A stretch of 64,000 bases of DNA from Nitrospirota bacterium (lineage in GTDB: Bacteria; Nitrospirota; Nitrospiria; Nitrospirales; Nitrospiraceae), in the NCBI GenBank assembly GCA_963701855.1, contig CAVPBK010000006.1, positions 512,001 to 576,000 of the forward strand, in the 5' to 3' direction. Position numbers and translations under genes: made by a program. Below are positions 37,823-48,750 of the stretch, piece by piece. The notes under the pieces were generated by a model. It made no database searches and was not told the DNA's origin. It was given only the letters and a program-made list of their open reading frames with translations. Position 1 is the stretch's first letter; the number at the start of each line of letters is the position of its first letter.

Positions 37823-38959
37823 TTACACAGACACAAACTCCCGGTAGACTAGGTCATGAATATAAGGGCGGAAGGCCTTAATTTTCTCATTCCTTCGGCT
37901 CGGATGTACCCGGTTTGATAGCAGCACCACCTCCAATTCGCACAGCGGATCAATCCACACCGACGTACCTGTGTAGCCAAGATGCCCGAACGACCGCTCG
38001 GAAAAACTGGACCCCGATGAGGACGGCGCAGACGGAGTGTCCCATCCCAATGCCCAACTCAGTCGAGCGACAGATTCTTGGCGGGTCGTAAACTGCCTGA
38101 CAAGCTCCCCCTCCAAAATCGACTCTCTTCCATGATAGCCGCAGAGCCAGGCTCCGGAAACCGCCAGTACAGATTCAGCAGTCCCGAATAGCCCTGCATG
38201 ACCCGCGACACCACCCATCGCTGCGGCATTCTCATCGTGCACCTCCCCACGTAACAGTCGATTTCGCCACTCGTCCTGTTCGGTCGGGGCTATTAGTGAA
38301 GCATCTATCGTAGAGCGTGCAACATCTAATTGCGTTCGCCCTACCGTGGGGCTAAACATCATGGGGTTAGCCCGTAGCGGTCGGACAATTGCCTCTTCGC
38401 ACCAAAGATCCATCGGCATTCCACTAAGACGCTCAACCAGAAACCCTAGCAACATGAATCCAAGGTCGCTATAGACGCTTCGCTCGCCCCGCACATAAAT
38501 TAATGGTTCGTCACGAACCATCTTCAGTACATGTTGCTTAACAGGCTGATTCCCGCCAGAGAGCTCAGGAACAACACCTCCGGCGTCAAGCCGCTCGTAA
38601 AATGGTCGCCATCCGGGCAAGCCCGAGCGATGGGCCAAGAGGTCTCTCACCGTTGCCTGACCGATCGGCGTCCCTTCAAGTTCGGCTAATACCTCTTGCA
38701 CCGGATCCTCAAGAGCCACCTTGGCGCGTTGAGCCAGAAGTAAGACTGATGTGCCCGTCGCCAGCGGCTTCGTGAGAGAGGCAAGGTCATAAATAGTGGT
38801 GGGTTGTACGGGAGGGCCTGGAGGCTCTGACGACAATCGCCCAGCTACAATCATGCATTGCAGCTCTCCACGCAGACGCACCGCCAACTGAGCACCGGGA
38901 AAGACACCCTCGTCGACGGCCGATTGCAGTGCCGCCTGAATGACGTGATGGGTAGCCAT
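37823..38959 (-). CDS. Serine hydrolase, beta-lactamase class C-like family
   Basis: SLTK (SxxK), YSDLGF, VHDENA, GHAGLF and GHLGYTGT motifs. Confidence 0.9.
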   Translation of the reverse strand: MATHHVIQAALQSAVDEGVFPGAQLAVRLRGELQCMIVAGRLSSEPPGPPVQPTTIYDLASLTKPLATGTSVLLLAQRAKVALEDPVQEVLAELEGTPIGQATVRDLLAHRSGLPGWRPFYERLDAGGVVPELSGGNQPVKQHVLKMVRDEPLIYVRGERSVYSDLGFMLLGFLVERLSGMPMDLWCEEAIVRPLRANPMMFSPTVGRTQLDVARSTIDASLIAPTEQDEWRNRLLRGEVHDENAAAMGGVAGHAGLFGTAESVLAVSGAWLCGYHGRESILEGELVRQFTTRQESVARLSWALGWDTPSAPSSSGSSFSERSFGHLGYTGTSVWIDPLCELEVVLLSNRVHPSRRNEKIKAFRPYIHDLVYREFVSV

Positions 38960-39058
38960 AGGCGAAACACCTGTCATGCGTGGGGAAGTCTGCTGGTGGG
39001 CGCCGCGAAGCAAACCAGGAACCACATCAATGAACGAGGACCGACCAAGTCAAACACG

Positions 39059-39571
39059 TCACAACGCCGGGCTCGATTCTCCTTCGAGCTTCTCCGCAGA
39101 TGCGGTCGCGGAGTCATGGAACGCTTCCTGTTCTTCCACTTCCAACATACGCTCGAACATCCGCAATGACGCGCGCAACCGTTCAACCATGAGCAGTCGC
39201 TGTTTCTGAAGCGCCGAAAGGTCGCGCTGCGTATCGGTCAGCTCGACCCGAGCCTGACGGATCAACTCGCCGGCCTTCAGTTCAGCCTCCTTTATGACAA
39301 GATCCGCCTCCCGTTGAGCATTCCGCTTCACATCCTCTGCCAGCGATTGAGCAGACAGAAGAGTACTCGACAATGTCGCTTCCGTCCGCTTCAGCTCAGC
39401 AAGCTGTTGTTCTAGAAATATAATTTTTTCTTGCTGAATCGCATGGTCTCGATTCAACGACTCGACGGTCTGAGCCAGTTCTTCAAGGAAGCGATTGACC
39501 TCTTCCTTATCGTATCCTCGAAAGTTGACCTTAAACACCATTTGCTGGATATCGAGTGGTGTAATTCTCAT
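39059..39571 (-). CDS. DivIVA-domain protein
   Basis: MRITPLDIQQMVF..FRGYDKEEVNRFL followed by a coiled coil. Confidence 0.92.
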   Translation of the reverse strand: MRITPLDIQQMVFKVNFRGYDKEEVNRFLEELAQTVESLNRDHAIQQEKIIFLEQQLAELKRTEATLSSTLLSAQSLAEDVKRNAQREADLVIKEAELKAGELIRQARVELTDTQRDLSALQKQRLLMVERLRASLRMFERMLEVEEQEAFHDSATASAEKLEGESSPAL

Positions 39572-39590
39572 GGCATCCCCCATGGTCATC

Positions 39591-39887
39591 TCAGTTCATC
39601 CTCATGGCCAATTCCTTGAGTGACTGCACAACTGCCTTTTGCAGAAAGATAATGATCAGGATCACGACGATGGGCGACACATCCATCCCTATCCGCACCC
39701 CGATCATCCGTCGAATCGGAGAGAGGACAGGTTCGGTCGCACGATTGAGAAATTGGACGATTGGGTTCCATGGATCCGGGTTGACCCACGAGATTAGAGC
39801 ACGAGCAATGATCACCCACATATAGAGCTCTAGCACATAGTCAAGAATGGTCGCCACCGCGGAAAGAACATTCCCCGCGACAAACAT
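39591..39887 (-). CDS. yggT: YggT family membrane protein
   Basis: ALISWVNPDPWNPIVQFL..ATEPVLSPIRR..DVSPI. Confidence 0.93.
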   Translation of the reverse strand: MFVAGNVLSAVATILDYVLELYMWVIIARALISWVNPDPWNPIVQFLNRATEPVLSPIRRMIGVRIGMDVSPIVVILIIIFLQKAVVQSLKELAMRMN

Positions 39888-40720
39888 CAGCTTCCCAACT
39901 CTTTCGATCGCGTGGTCGCCGCTTCGACCGCCGCCATTAATGTAGCACGAAATCCTCCCTGTTCGAGCCGATGAAGCCCGGCGATGGTGGTACCTCCAGG
40001 AGACGCCACCCGATCTTTCAGTTGAGCGGGGTGTACACCTGATTCGAGCACCAAGCGAGCCGCGCCAAGCACCGTCTGGGCGGCAAGGAGTTCGGCGGTC
40101 TGCCTCGGCAAACCCATCATCACCCCCCCATCCGCCAACGCTTCAATGGCCTGAAATACATAGGCCGGCCCACTGCCACTCAGTCCGGTCACCGCATCCA
40201 TCAATCGTTCCTCAACCAGCACCACTCGACCGACTGCTTCGAATACCGTACGAGCCATGCGACTATCATCTTCGGACACCGCACTGCCCAAGGCCAAAGC
40301 GGTCATACCCTCTCGGACCAATGCCGGAACATTTGGCATCGCACGAATGACCCGCGTCGTCCCGGCAAGCTGTTCCACGATTGTCCGAATCTGCACCCCC
40401 GCGGCAATAGAAATCACAAGGGCATGGACCATGATCGGGCCAAGCTCACGAAGCACAACGGGAAGCGTCTGGGGCTTCACCGCCAAGACAACCACATCAG
40501 CCCAAGCAACCGCTTCACGATTGGCAGAACCAACCAGAATGCCGAACTGACCTTTTAAGCGATCACGGCGCTCAGAAACAGGATCTGTCGCCCATATCGA
40601 CTCCGCAGAACAGACCTGCCCTGAGAGGAGACCACCGATCATGGCCTCGGCCATCTGGCCACCTCCGATGAACGCGATCTTGCTCGTGATCGTTGGATTA
40701 GGCACGCCGCACTTCTCCAC
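39887..40720 (-). CDS. proC: Pyrroline-5-carboxylate reductase
   Basis: FIGGGQM, LAVKPQ, RAMPN, SGSGPAY and SPGGTT motifs. Confidence 0.95.
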   Translation of the reverse strand: MEKCGVPNPTITSKIAFIGGGQMAEAMIGGLLSGQVCSAESIWATDPVSERRDRLKGQFGILVGSANREAVAWADVVVLAVKPQTLPVVLRELGPIMVHALVISIAAGVQIRTIVEQLAGTTRVIRAMPNVPALVREGMTALALGSAVSEDDSRMARTVFEAVGRVVLVEERLMDAVTGLSGSGPAYVFQAIEALADGGVMMGLPRQTAELLAAQTVLGAARLVLESGVHPAQLKDRVASPGGTTIAGLHRLEQGGFRATLMAAVEAATTRSKELGS

Positions 40721-40955
40721 CGGATCTCCTTGAAAACGAATCGAATGTTCTCACCAATCGAACCTCCAGCCTGCAGATCCATCGCATCTAATCAGCCATA
40801 GCTGAAGCGCCGTCTCTCGAAAACTTGGAATTATTGTACCGAAACCGCCTGGCAAATGTCAGCGCGCGGACCCAGACCAGGAGTCTGCGGAAAAACTATT
40901 GTGGCACGGTGAACCTTCCATGGCCCGCACGTCAAGGACAACAGGAGATCACCTC

Positions 40956-41174
40956 GCAGGATGCTCAAAAGGCCAGACTTCTCACTCTCCCAACCCTGGC
41001 CACTTCACCCGCCCGCCCTGAGTCTGCCAAGACAGCCTCTTAGCCCAGAGACGCGCCTTATCCCAAACAAGGCCACAGCTCTGCGATTGACCCTCGTCTA
41101 CGTTTCACGCCTCACGTTTCACGGTTCCTGGGAATGAAGCGAGAACGCCGCTGGCGGATTTTTCCAGCATCCTG
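40956..41174. repeat. Family A element, long copy 7
   Basis: GCAGGATGCTCAAAAGGCC...CAAGGCC..CGTTTCACGCCTCACGTTTCACG..GCGAGAACGCCGCTGGCGGATTTTTCCAGCATCCTG, followed by CTAG. Confidence 0.8.
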
Positions 41175-41181
41175 CTAGCTC

Positions 41182-41922
41182 CTATCGGTGAGAGAGCAGA
41201 GTGATCCCGCTGACCATCGTCCCGTTCACCCGGCCTTCTCGTCGATAGGAATAGAAGAGTTGATCGTGACAGATCGTACATAAATTGACCGAGGAAATAG
41301 AGAGTGCGGACACACCCTCTCCTTCCACTTGCCGACGGATCAAGGCCTTGAGGTCCAGCCGAGCCTTATGTCCTCGATAGTCATGCACAACCGACTCCCA
41401 ATCAGACAGCCCCATTCGGAGCTGACTGAGCACCGGATCATCCACTTCATAGCAGCAGGGACCAGCCGAGGGTCCAATACTGACTCGCAGATCCGACCTT
41501 GTCGATCCAAATCTGTCTGCCATCAGCGCAAAGGTCTTCGAAACAATCCCGGCCACAGCGCCCCGCCAACCGGCATGAATCGACGCGACAACACGCTGGC
41601 GCGGGTCATGCACGAGCACGGGAACACAATCCGCCGTGCGCACCGCCACCGTCACGCCAGGTTGATCAGTCACCAGGGCATCCCACCCGCCGGGAAACTG
41701 ATCTGATGTAGTGAGGGGACGATCCAGCACCAAGGCATTGGTCCCATGCACTTGCTTGACGGACAGCAACCAACCGCGCCCCTGCGCCCCGGACTGACGA
41801 GCGGGCACTCCTACATCGAGTGCCAGCGAGTCTGCATGACTGCGCGTCCCAAAGAAATGTCGAACGCCGTCGCGTGCGGACGCAAAGGCAGGAACCGTGA
41901 TGACCGCTGCACTCATAGGCAT
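41182..41922 (-). CDS. pgeF: Peptidoglycan editing factor / purine nucleoside phosphorylase (YfiH family)
   Basis: QVHG, DALVT, TADCVPVL, HAGWRG, IGPSAGPCCYEV and FYSYRR motifs. Confidence 0.93.
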   Translation of the reverse strand: MPMSAAVITVPAFASARDGVRHFFGTRSHADSLALDVGVPARQSGAQGRGWLLSVKQVHGTNALVLDRPLTTSDQFPGGWDALVTDQPGVTVAVRTADCVPVLVHDPRQRVVASIHAGWRGAVAGIVSKTFALMADRFGSTRSDLRVSIGPSAGPCCYEVDDPVLSQLRMGLSDWESVVHDYRGHKARLDLKALIRRQVEGEGVSALSISSVNLCTICHDQLFYSYRREGRVNGTMVSGITLLSHR

Positions 41923-41960
41923 ACTCCGCTGAGGCTACTCATCCCTACAGACCTGTCGGC

Positions 41961-43157
41961 TCAATCGACCTGCTTGCGCAGAAAGGTGGGTACATCCCAT
42001 TCATCTTCTGTGACCGCCGCGGTTCGCTCCATCGATTCTCTACCGTCCCCCATCCGCCGCAAGAAGGTCGGGCGGTCGAGATCTTTGAAAGGCCGCTCCG
42101 CATACGAGCGTTCTCCCATCGTCTGGCTGGCGCCGGCCATCGCCTGTTGCCCGTTGCGAGAAGTCCGAGCCGCAGCCACGTGAACCGGAGCGGATTGCTC
42201 ATCTCGTTCAAATCCGGTGGCAATCACCGTCACGACCAGGTCGTCGCCCATATCGGGGTTGATCACCTGTCCGACAATGATATTGGCTTCAGGATCAGCA
42301 GTCTGCTGGATAATCGTGGCCGCTTCCTCGATTTCGTGCAACGACATGTTGGGCCCGCCGGTGATATTCAACAACACACCGCGCGCGCCCTCGACACTGC
42401 CCTCCTCCAACAACGGGCTGCAAATTGCCTTTTGAGCCGCTTCGATCGCCCGATTCGTCCCGCGCGCCACGCCCATCCCCATGACAGCACGGCCCGTATG
42501 CGACATCACGGTGCGGACATCGGCAAAATCTACGTTCACATGACCGGTGGTCGTGATCACATCCGCAATCCCTTGAATGGCCTGTCGAAGCACGTCATCG
42601 GCCACCTTGAAGGCTTCAAGCAGCGGTGTCGCTTTGTCGACGATGCCGAGCAATCTCTGATTCGGGATCACGAGCAAGGTGTCCACATGGCGGCGGAGAT
42701 CGCGAATCCCTTCATCCGCATGAACCATCCGACGATGACCTTCGTATGAAAAAGGTTTCGTCACGACCCCGACCGTCAAGATACCGAGTTCGCGAGCAAT
42801 GCTCGCCACGATCGGCGCGGCACCAGTCCCAGTTCCACCGCCCATCCCCGCAGTCACGAACACCATATCCGCGCCCTCAAGACACTCCCGAATCTGATCT
42901 TTGCTTTCTAAGGCCGAGTCTTTTCCGACTTCCGGTTTCGCCCCGGCGCCGAGTCCCCTCGTCCGCTCAGGACCCAGTTGAACCTTATACGACGCCCGCG
43001 ACCGATCCAACGCCTGCAGATCGGTATTCGCCGCGATGAAATCGACCCGCGCCAATCCTGACGTGATCATGGTATTCAGGGCGTTGCACCCGGCGCCACC
43101 AACACCGATCACTTTGATCCGAACGGGGGACACAACATCTTCTTCAAACGAAAACAT
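41961..43157 (-). CDS. ftsZ: Cell division protein FtsZ
   Basis: [24 protein letters not shown] and C-terminal DVPTFLRKQ. Confidence 0.97.
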   Translation of the reverse strand: MFSFEEDVVSPVRIKVIGVGGAGCNALNTMITSGLARVDFIAANTDLQALDRSRASYKVQLGPERTRGLGAGAKPEVGKDSALESKDQIRECLEGADMVFVTAGMGGGTGTGAAPIVASIARELGILTVGVVTKPFSYEGHRRMVHADEGIRDLRRHVDTLLVIPNQRLLGIVDKATPLLEAFKVADDVLRQAIQGIADVITTTGHVNVDFADVRTVMSHTGRAVMGMGVARGTNRAIEAAQKAICSPLLEEGSVEGARGVLLNITGGPNMSLHEIEEAATIIQQTADPEANIIVGQVINPDMGDDLVVTVIATGFERDEQSAPVHVAAARTSRNGQQAMAGASQTMGERSYAERPFKDLDRPTFLRRMGDGRESMERTAAVTEDEWDVPTFLRKQVD

Positions 43158-43211
43158 CAGGACACCTCCCTTGATAAAATCCGCGTAGCGGACATCCGCC
43201 CCGCGCAACGG

Positions 43212-44447
43212 TTAAAAGAACTCGAACATCCAGGACTTCATACGATCGAATACCTTATACAACGGCCGTCCGCTGCGCAGACCAGCCGTAGCCATCTCCT
43301 CAAGATGATGCCGGGCATGGAGCAGCAGGCCGACACCGGTGGCATGCATGGGATTACTGACGATGTCGCGAAGCCCTCCGATCCCTCCGGGCGCGCCTCG
43401 GCGAGCCGGAAGATTCAAGACCTGCTCTGCCGCATCGGGCATCCCCTCCAACAACAACGTCCCGCCTGTAATGACCACCCCTGCCCCCAGCATGCCCTCG
43501 TAGCCGGCACGCGCAATTTCTCGGCGAACCAGCTCGAATATTTCTTCGACCCGCGGCTCAAGAATCTCGGCAACGTCACGGCGCGAGAACGTCCGTGCCG
43601 GACGGTCTCCGACCGAGGGGACCTCCACCGTTTCATGGCCTTGCACTAATCCTGTTCGAGCAATCCCACGATGCAGTTTGATCTTCTCGGCTTCGGTCTG
43701 AGAGGTCAGCAACCCGATGGCAAGATCCTTCGTCAGATTCTGCCCGCCGATCGGCAAGACCGCGGAATGCCTGATGCTCCCATCGAGGAAAATCGCGAGA
43801 TCGGTCGTCCCACCACCGAGATCAACCATGGCAACCCCCAGATCCCGCTCTTCCTGGCTAAGGACGGCCTCACTGGAAGCCAAGGGCTGCAGCACCATAT
43901 CCACAACATCGAGCCCTGCGCGATTCACACACTTGATGATGTTCTGCGCTGAAGTCACGGCGCCGGTAATGACATGCACGTTGACTTCGAGACGGTTTCC
44001 GGACAGACCCAACGGCTCCCGAACCCCCTCCTGTCCGTCCACCATGAATTCACGGGGCAGCACATGAAGAATACGCCGTTCATGGGGGATGACTGCCAGA
44101 GTCCGCGCACTTTCGATCGCACGTTGGATATCTTCTCGTGTGACTTCTGACTTTTTGAGCGCCACAACACCCTTGCAGTTTTCCGCAGAGATGTGGCTGC
44201 CGGCGATGCCGGTATAGACGGAATTGATCTGGACCGCCGCCATCAGCTCGGCTTCCTCCACTGCCTTCTTGATCGATTCCACGGTACTTTCGATATCAAC
44301 CACAACGCCCTTGCGGAGTCCTCGCGACGGGCTCGAACCGACCCCGATGATGTTGAGCGCCCCTTCATCGGTAACTTCCGAAACGATGGCGCAGATCTTC
44401 GTGGTTCCAATGTCCAACCCCACAAGAATCTGATCACGCTTCGGCAT
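43212..44447 (-). CDS. ftsA: Cell division protein FtsA
   Basis: GLDIGTTKI, DLGGGTTD and VITGG motifs. Confidence 0.97.
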   Translation of the reverse strand: MPKRDQILVGLDIGTTKICAIVSEVTDEGALNIIGVGSSPSRGLRKGVVVDIESTVESIKKAVEEAELMAAVQINSVYTGIAGSHISAENCKGVVALKKSEVTREDIQRAIESARTLAVIPHERRILHVLPREFMVDGQEGVREPLGLSGNRLEVNVHVITGAVTSAQNIIKCVNRAGLDVVDMVLQPLASSEAVLSQEERDLGVAMVDLGGGTTDLAIFLDGSIRHSAVLPIGGQNLTKDLAIGLLTSQTEAEKIKLHRGIARTGLVQGHETVEVPSVGDRPARTFSRRDVAEILEPRVEEIFELVRREIARAGYEGMLGAGVVITGGTLLLEGMPDAAEQVLNLPARRGAPGGIGGLRDIVSNPMHATGVGLLLHARHHLEEMATAGLRSGRPLYKVFDRMKSWMFEFF

Positions 44448-44452
44448 AGCCC

Positions 44453-45322
44453 TCACGCCTTTTCTCGTACAATGACACGGTTGTTGTAACGCAGATCGAT
44501 CTCGCTCACCGTGCGCTTCCGGTCATCGAGTGGGGCAATTTTGAATGACGGATTCACTTTCCGAAATCGCTCCCACTGGTCAACCAGGGAATCGTCGCCA
44601 AACTGGAATCGCACCCCATTGGCTGACGCCACCACATTCGAAAACTTCGTGAGATCGACTTCAACCCGCCCATCGAAGGTACTGGCAATGAGCTTGGCCA
44701 GCACGATACCGGACTGAACCGCGTTGCGGGCGCCTGCTTCACCGTGCTGAAGAGACTGAGTATCCAGCCCGATCAACAAGGGCAGCATCTGATCATCCCG
44801 CCTGCCCAACTGAGCGAGAAGGTACCCGCTCTCATCGCTCAACCAATGGTCAGCGCCAGTCCGAATAATGGCTGCGGGTGTACGCTCCAATATGGTGACG
44901 TGCAGCAGATGCGGCGGACGGCGTTCGACCGTCGCCTCCTTGATCCAGGCATGCATCCGCACTCGCTCGGCAAGAAATGCTGTACTGACTTGATGGAGCC
45001 CCATGCCGGGCTTCAAGACGAGCCGCTCCAACACCTCCGGTTTCGTCACATGGTGAATGCCCTCAATCTCTACCTCGCGGATTTCCAACCAGCCCTGAAG
45101 AACCGGCCCCATCTCTCGCGTGACCATGGTCAGCCCCCAAGCCAACACCGCAATACCGACAATCCATTTCCCCACGCGCAACGCACGCCGACCTCGCAAG
45201 AGGAGTCTCTCCCGGCGCGCTTGTTGACGCTGATCTGAGACCTGATCCGCACGGGCGCCCTTCCATTGGTTCACCCGAAGACCGATTTCAGGCGCCGTTC
45301 GTTTCCGCATGAGCACCTTCAT
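44453..45322 (-). CDS. ftsQ: Cell division protein FtsQ/DivIB
   Basis: Single TM helix, POTRA domain (WIKEATVERRPP..ERTP) and IDLRY. Confidence 0.88.
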   Translation of the reverse strand: MKVLMRKRTAPEIGLRVNQWKGARADQVSDQRQQARRERLLLRGRRALRVGKWIVGIAVLAWGLTMVTREMGPVLQGWLEIREVEIEGIHHVTKPEVLERLVLKPGMGLHQVSTAFLAERVRMHAWIKEATVERRPPHLLHVTILERTPAAIIRTGADHWLSDESGYLLAQLGRRDDQMLPLLIGLDTQSLQHGEAGARNAVQSGIVLAKLIASTFDGRVEVDLTKFSNVVASANGVRFQFGDDSLVDQWERFRKVNPSFKIAPLDDRKRTVSEIDLRYNNRVIVREKA

Positions 45323-46329
45323 GACATGCTCCCTTCCTCTGACGAATGGGCAAAGCGGGCCGCGCGAACGAGTGCGGACTCGAGAATCCGCTCGGTCAGC
45401 TCGTCATAGTCGATCTCGCTCTGTGCCGCCGCCATCGGAAGCAAACTCGTTTCGGTCATGCCAGGCGCCGTATTAATTTCCAATACAACGGGACGGCCAC
45501 GCGGGGTGATGCGGAAATCGACCCGGGCCGCGCCTTCACAGCCCAGCACCTCATAGGTGCGCAGCGCCAACGTGCGAATCTGCCGGGTCACCGCTGCGGT
45601 CAAGGGTGCAGGACAGAGATACTGTGTGTTCCCCTTTGCATACTTCGCTGCAAAATCGTAAAAGCCTCCTGGCGCCACAATTTCCACGGCGGGGAGCACC
45701 AAGGGAGAGGAAGTACGCCGACCAATGATTGACACCGTGACCTCATGCCCAGGAATATAGGCCTCGACCATCGCATCTGTATCGTAGCGATGGGCCAAAG
45801 CCAAAGCGTCGCGCCACTGCGACATCTTCCGCACGATGGTGACGCCGATCGTGGACCCTTGCGACGCAGGCTTCACCACAACTGGCCAGCGTACTTTTGC
45901 CGCTCGCAGTATGGTGGCGCTGGAAACCTTTTCCCCGCGCTTCACGACTGTGCCGTCCGGTACAGGAATGCCCGCTGAGGCCAAGAGCGTTTTCGTCGTC
46001 ACTTTATGCATGCCGATCGCACTGGCCTGGATGCCGGATCCGGTATAGGGAACTCCCAAAGTTTCCAGGAATCCTTGAATCGCCCCATCTTCCCCACCCG
46101 GTCCATGCAAAGCCAGAAATGCGAGGGCAACCTTCTGGTCACGCAAGTCCTGAAAGAGTGTCGGTCCAACATCGATGGCCACCGCTTCGTAGCCACGACG
46201 GACCAACGACCGATGTACCGCAGCGCCCGTCCTGAGTGACACATCACGCTCCGCCGATTGCCCGCCCATCAGCACCCCGATGCGGGCACGGGTCAGAAGG
46301 GGTCGCTCTGTCAGACTGGACTCGCTCAT
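45319..46329 (-). CDS. ddl: D-alanine--D-alanine ligase
   Basis: GGQSAERDVSL, LHGPGGEDG and LEINTAPGMT motifs. Confidence 0.96.
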   Translation of the reverse strand: MSESSLTERPLLTRARIGVLMGGQSAERDVSLRTGAAVHRSLVRRGYEAVAIDVGPTLFQDLRDQKVALAFLALHGPGGEDGAIQGFLETLGVPYTGSGIQASAIGMHKVTTKTLLASAGIPVPDGTVVKRGEKVSSATILRAAKVRWPVVVKPASQGSTIGVTIVRKMSQWRDALALAHRYDTDAMVEAYIPGHEVTVSIIGRRTSSPLVLPAVEIVAPGGFYDFAAKYAKGNTQYLCPAPLTAAVTRQIRTLALRTYEVLGCEGAARVDFRITPRGRPVVLEINTAPGMTETSLLPMAAAQSEIDYDELTERILESALVRAARFAHSSEEGSMS

Positions 46330-46333
46330 ACCG

Positions 46334-47284
46334 CTACGCCTTTCCTACGATTTTGAGTTCAAGATCTAACCGCACACCTGCTCGGCGTCGAATCTCGCTG
46401 CGGACCATCCCGATCAGCGCAATCACGTCCGCCGCGCTCGCCTGCCCCCGATTGACCATGAAGTTGGCATGCTTCATCGAGACTTCCACATCGCCAACGC
46501 GTGCACCCTTGAGGCCAATCGCCTCAATCAGTCGGCCGGCAGAATCGTTTGGAGGGTTCTTGAACACACACCCGGCGCTCGGCATTGCAAGCGGCTGCGT
46601 GTCCCGTCGATAGTGGAGGTAGTCTTTGACCACTCGCTCAATCTCCGATCGAACCCCTTGTTTCAATTGAAGCCACACCCCCACAACGATGCCGCGCGGC
46701 AGTAAGGCCCGTCGATACTCGAACTTCACCTGAGCTGCCTCCAAATCCACGATGTGGCCTTTCATATTCACCATGCGAAGGGCCTTAATCGAATCCTTCA
46801 TTTCCCCGAGCTTTGTCCCCGCGTTCATCACGACACAGCCAGCCACAGTACCGGGAATTCCCGCCGCCCATTCCAATCCCGCAAGGGAGTGGCGAATGGC
46901 ATACCCAATCAATGTCGGCATTCCGACGCCCCCTTCGGCATAGAGGACGGACCCCGGTCCTTCCTTAATCCCCCGCAACCGAGCCAGGCTGACCACAATG
47001 CCGCGGATTCCTCCATCTCGGACCAACAGATTCGTCCCACCCAGGACAAACAACGGAATCTTGCGCGCGCGTGCCTGGAGCACCGCCAAACAGAGATCCT
47101 CGATATCGAACGGCTCAACCACAACGTCTGCCGGCCCACCAATCTTGAATGAGGTGTACTCTCGTAGCGGAGCCCCAAAGGACACGGACCCCCGGAGTCC
47201 TGCCATCGCAGCCCGCACATCCGCCTGCGTGAACTGCGCACGCATTCTCGCCGCTGTCGTGACATGCCGACCACCTCGCTTCAT
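46334..47284 (-). CDS. murB: UDP-N-acetylenolpyruvoylglucosamine reductase
   Basis: KIGGPAD, GIPGTVAG..MNAG, PSAGCVFKNP and KHANF motifs. Confidence 0.95.
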   Translation of the reverse strand: MKRGGRHVTTAARMRAQFTQADVRAAMAGLRGSVSFGAPLREYTSFKIGGPADVVVEPFDIEDLCLAVLQARARKIPLFVLGGTNLLVRDGGIRGIVVSLARLRGIKEGPGSVLYAEGGVGMPTLIGYAIRHSLAGLEWAAGIPGTVAGCVVMNAGTKLGEMKDSIKALRMVNMKGHIVDLEAAQVKFEYRRALLPRGIVVGVWLQLKQGVRSEIERVVKDYLHYRRDTQPLAMPSAGCVFKNPPNDSAGRLIEAIGLKGARVGDVEVSMKHANFMVNRGQASAADVIALIGMVRSEIRRRAGVRLDLELKIVGKA

Positions 47285-47291
47285 GGCATCA

Positions 47292-48683
47292 TCATGCGAT
47301 GGGGTTCAATCGTGCTAACAGTCCAAGCCCCGCCTTCCAAATATCTCCCGCCCCTAATGTAATGACGAGATCTCCTGCTTTCAGATGGGGCAGCACCTGA
47401 TCCACCAACTGCTCTTTTTGTTCCACAAAGGTTACGGACGGATGACCGGCCGCACGAACAATGTCAGCCAACTTGGCTCCGGACACCCCATCAATCGGCT
47501 GCTCCCCCGCCGCGTAGATGTCCGCCAAGAACAGTACGTCTGATTGGTCGAACGCCTTCGCAAAATCCTCCAGCAGGTCTCGCGTCCTGGTATAACGATG
47601 CGGCTGAAACAGCACCACCAAACGCCGGTCCCCCCATCCTTGCTTCGCTGCGGCCAGGGTGGCCTTGATCTCGGTGGGATGATGACCGTAATCGTCCACA
47701 ACCATGATCCCTTTGGCTTCGCCTCGAAGATGAAAGCGGCGCTCTACCCCGGCATAGGCCGCCAGCGCTTTTCTGATGAGATCCACCGGCACGTCCAATT
47801 CGATCCCGATCGCAATCGCCACGAGCGCGTTGGAAACGTTGTGTCGGCCGGGCACCGCCAGGCGAAACGGGCCTAAATTGCGCCCACGGAACTGCGCCCG
47901 AAACTCAGCGCCCCATTGGTTTAAGCTGATCTCTGTTGCAAAGAAGTCAGGCGTGACTCCCTCACGTTCACTGAGCCCATAGGTCTGATAGCGCTTCACG
48001 ATGTTCGGGAAAAGCGCCCGGAGACGATCGTCGTCGGCACACAACACGGCCAATCCATAGAACGGCACCTTATTGATGAACTCGAGAAAAGACTCGTTGA
48101 TGCGCTCCATGCTTCCGTAGTGATCGAGATGTTCCCGATCGAGATTCGTCACTGCAGCAATGGTCGGAGACAGGCGGAGAAATGACCCATCGCTCTCGTC
48201 GGCTTCCGCCACAAGGAAATCGCCTCGACCAAGGCGAGCATGACTTCCCAGCGCATTCACTTTTCCCCCGATCACCATCGTCGGATCCAACCCGCCCTGC
48301 GCCAGCACATTGGCAACCATTGATGTGGTCGTGGTTTTTCCGTGCGCGCCGGCAATGGCAACTCCGAATTTCAGTCGCATCAGCTCCGCGAGCATCTCGG
48401 CCCGAGGAATCACGGGAATCTGCTTCGCCTTGGCCGCCACGACCTCGGGGTTCTGTGCTGACACGGCGGAGGAGATGACCACCACTTGGGCCTCCCCCAC
48501 ATTCGATTCCTGATGGCCGACAAAGATGCGCCCGCCGAGCTCTTCCAATCTCCGCGTCGTATCGGAGGCCTGCAGGTCCGAGCCCGTCACTTTGTATCCC
48601 AGCGTCAACAGCACCTCGGCGATGCCGCTCATCCCCGATCCCCCTATTCCGACTAAGTGAATCTGTTGCGTCTTACGAAACAT
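47292..48683 (-). CDS. murC: UDP-N-acetylmuramate--L-alanine ligase
   Basis: GIGGSGMS, GAHGKTTTT, EADESD and DDYGHHPTE motifs. Confidence 0.96.
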   Translation of the reverse strand: MFRKTQQIHLVGIGGSGMSGIAEVLLTLGYKVTGSDLQASDTTRRLEELGGRIFVGHQESNVGEAQVVVISSAVSAQNPEVVAAKAKQIPVIPRAEMLAELMRLKFGVAIAGAHGKTTTTSMVANVLAQGGLDPTMVIGGKVNALGSHARLGRGDFLVAEADESDGSFLRLSPTIAAVTNLDREHLDHYGSMERINESFLEFINKVPFYGLAVLCADDDRLRALFPNIVKRYQTYGLSEREGVTPDFFATEISLNQWGAEFRAQFRGRNLGPFRLAVPGRHNVSNALVAIAIGIELDVPVDLIRKALAAYAGVERRFHLRGEAKGIMVVDDYGHHPTEIKATLAAAKQGWGDRRLVVLFQPHRYTRTRDLLEDFAKAFDQSDVLFLADIYAAGEQPIDGVSGAKLADIVRAAGHPSVTFVEQKEQLVDQVLPHLKAGDLVITLGAGDIWKAGLGLLARLNPIA

Positions 48684-48750
48684 CGGCGCGCGCCTTACTC
48701 CACCGGTTGGTGGATACGACTGTGATCCCTGTCCACGTTGCTCAATACCA

